Source of the DNA: Macrostomum lignano
Taxonomy: Eukaryota
Length of the DNA: 64,000 nt
Direction of reading: 5' to 3'
Assembly (NCBI GenBank): GCA_002269645.1
Contig: NIVC01000516.1
Coordinates: 1-64,000 of the forward strand
The position numbers and the translations under genes are program-made. The notes beneath the pieces are model-generated. The model saw only the letters and a list, made by a program, of their open reading frames with translations. It had not been told where the DNA came from and did no database searches. This document shows positions 32,419 through 64,000 of this stretch, piece by piece; position 1 is the first letter of the stretch; each line of letters starts with the position of its first letter.

Positions 32419-33204
32419 CTAGCCAAAATTGACACGAAATGACAAGCAATTGCTCATGAGATTTCCCAATCCAGGTTTCTCTCTGTCTAGCAGTCCCTGG
32501 ACAGACGCTAAAACCCTCTGACTCTCAATGTTTTAGAGACCGTTGTCAATGGTAACCAAAACGTTTTTTAACGTGAGGGCATCGCTGGATGGACGGCTCA
32601 AGGCCTCATTGTTTGTTTAATCTGCCCCCCCTCCTGTTAGCCACCCGGTAGCAGCACCCAGTCACTGACCCACCCTCATCTCCAAGATCAATACGCTTTA
32701 CTGCTCAGTGTAAACTTGACATTTTGGAATACCTTTATTGGCGTACAACGGTTTTGAAGCGGGGCAATTGCTTCTAGAAGAGAATGAGAAAGAGCGAGAG
32801 TGGGAGACTGCTTGTGGAGTTCGTTCGAGATACTCAGGAAAACTTCGGGACAGTAGGGGGAGGGTTAGACGAGTAGTCTTGGCTTAAATTTAAACAAAAC
32901 CGACCCACCTTAACAAAGCTGCCAAGTGTGTAAAGCTGGCAGAGAACTGCTTATTCAATTCTTCTTTCAACGAAAGCAACAAGACTTCCAGTAGATGTTC
33001 AAATCTGCATTTAAAAGGCCTCGGGAGTTTTGATTGTTCGAAGAAAGCGGACAACATCTTTAAAAACAAGATTCTGCAAAGTGAAAACTTTTATTGGATT
33101 TTCTAAAAACTCCTTTCTAAGAAAGCGACAGGTCTTGTCGTCTTCCCTTCCGTATCTTGCAAAGGACTTCCAAGTACTGCATTCCAGGAAAGCAACAGAC
33201 AGTA

Positions 33205-33725
33205 GGATTCTAAGAAATCGACGCTCAGCACCATTAAATTTCTAAGAAATCAACACACAGCACCATTGAATTTCAAAGAAATCGACGCTCAGCACCATTA
33301 AATTTCTAAGAAATCAACACTCAGCACCATTGAATTTCAAAGAAATCGACGCTCAGCACCATTAAATTTCTAAGAAATCAACGCTCAGCACCATTGAAGT
33401 TCAAAGAAATCGACGCTCAGCATAATTGAATTTCTAAGAAATCGACGCTCAGCAATTTGAATTTTTAAGAAATCGACGCTCAGCATAATTGAATTTCTAA
33501 GAAATCGACGCTCAGCACCATTAAATTTCTAAGAAATCAACGCTCAGCATAATTGAATTTCTAAGAAATCAACGCTCAGCATCATTGAATTTCCAAGAAA
33601 TCGACGCTCAGCATCATTGAATTTCCAAGAAATCGACGCTCAGCATCATTGAATTTCCAAGAAATCGACGCTCAGCACAATTGAATTTCAAAGAAATCGA
33701 CGCTCAACACAATCTAATTTCTAAG
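33205..33725. repeat. 32-bp minisatellite (AAGAAATCGACGCTCAGCACCATTGAATTTCT) ending 10 nt before the ADGB ATG
   Basis: Direct reading. Confidence 0.92.
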
Positions 33726-33735
33726 AAAGCATAAA

Positions 33736-63850
<30,115 letters not shown>

Positions 63851-64000
63851 GTGAGTTGAAGCAAAGGACGCAAAAAACTTTTAAGAAATCTCTTTAAAGA
63901 GTTAACTTTTAAAACGCTTCTGTAGATTCTTCAAGATCTGAAAATAGAAAATTTGAAGAATACCTGGTTCAATATTTCAGTTTTCACAAAGTCGAAGGAG

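Overview
Eukaryotic, animal-type genomic DNA. Roughly 55% of it (hand tally) is made up of more than 40 different micro/minisatellite arrays. The style (GC-rich exons, short introns swollen by tandem arrays) suggests a Macrostomum-like flatworm, which is inference only. Three spliced genes can be built by hand. (1) A minus-strand Cys-loop nicotinic acetylcholine receptor-like subunit (7608 down to at least 910, running off the left edge) with two 1-nt frameshifts and a degenerate agonist site. (2) A minus-strand two-exon, 472-aa type-I membrane protein with a CUB-like region, an LDLa-like module and a Pro-rich tail (14071-12022). (3) A plus-strand androglobin (ADGB) with 22 phase-consistent exons from 33736 to 63850 (about 1691 aa so far, running off the right edge). 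Exon-like GC-rich islands of unidentified gene(s) lie at about 24.5-32.4 kb. Most notable observations: the ADGB globin domain appears to lack the proximal heme His; RFX X-boxes occur in and around ADGB, including a tandemly amplified near-X-box array; several intronic arrays appear to be amplified splice signals; and inverted arrays flank exon blocks. Most long ORFs in the supplied track are repeat artefacts. No CRISPR, rRNA, tRNA or intact transposase was recognised. Comparisons to human ADGB and to nAChR consensus sequences are from memory and need a real alignment.
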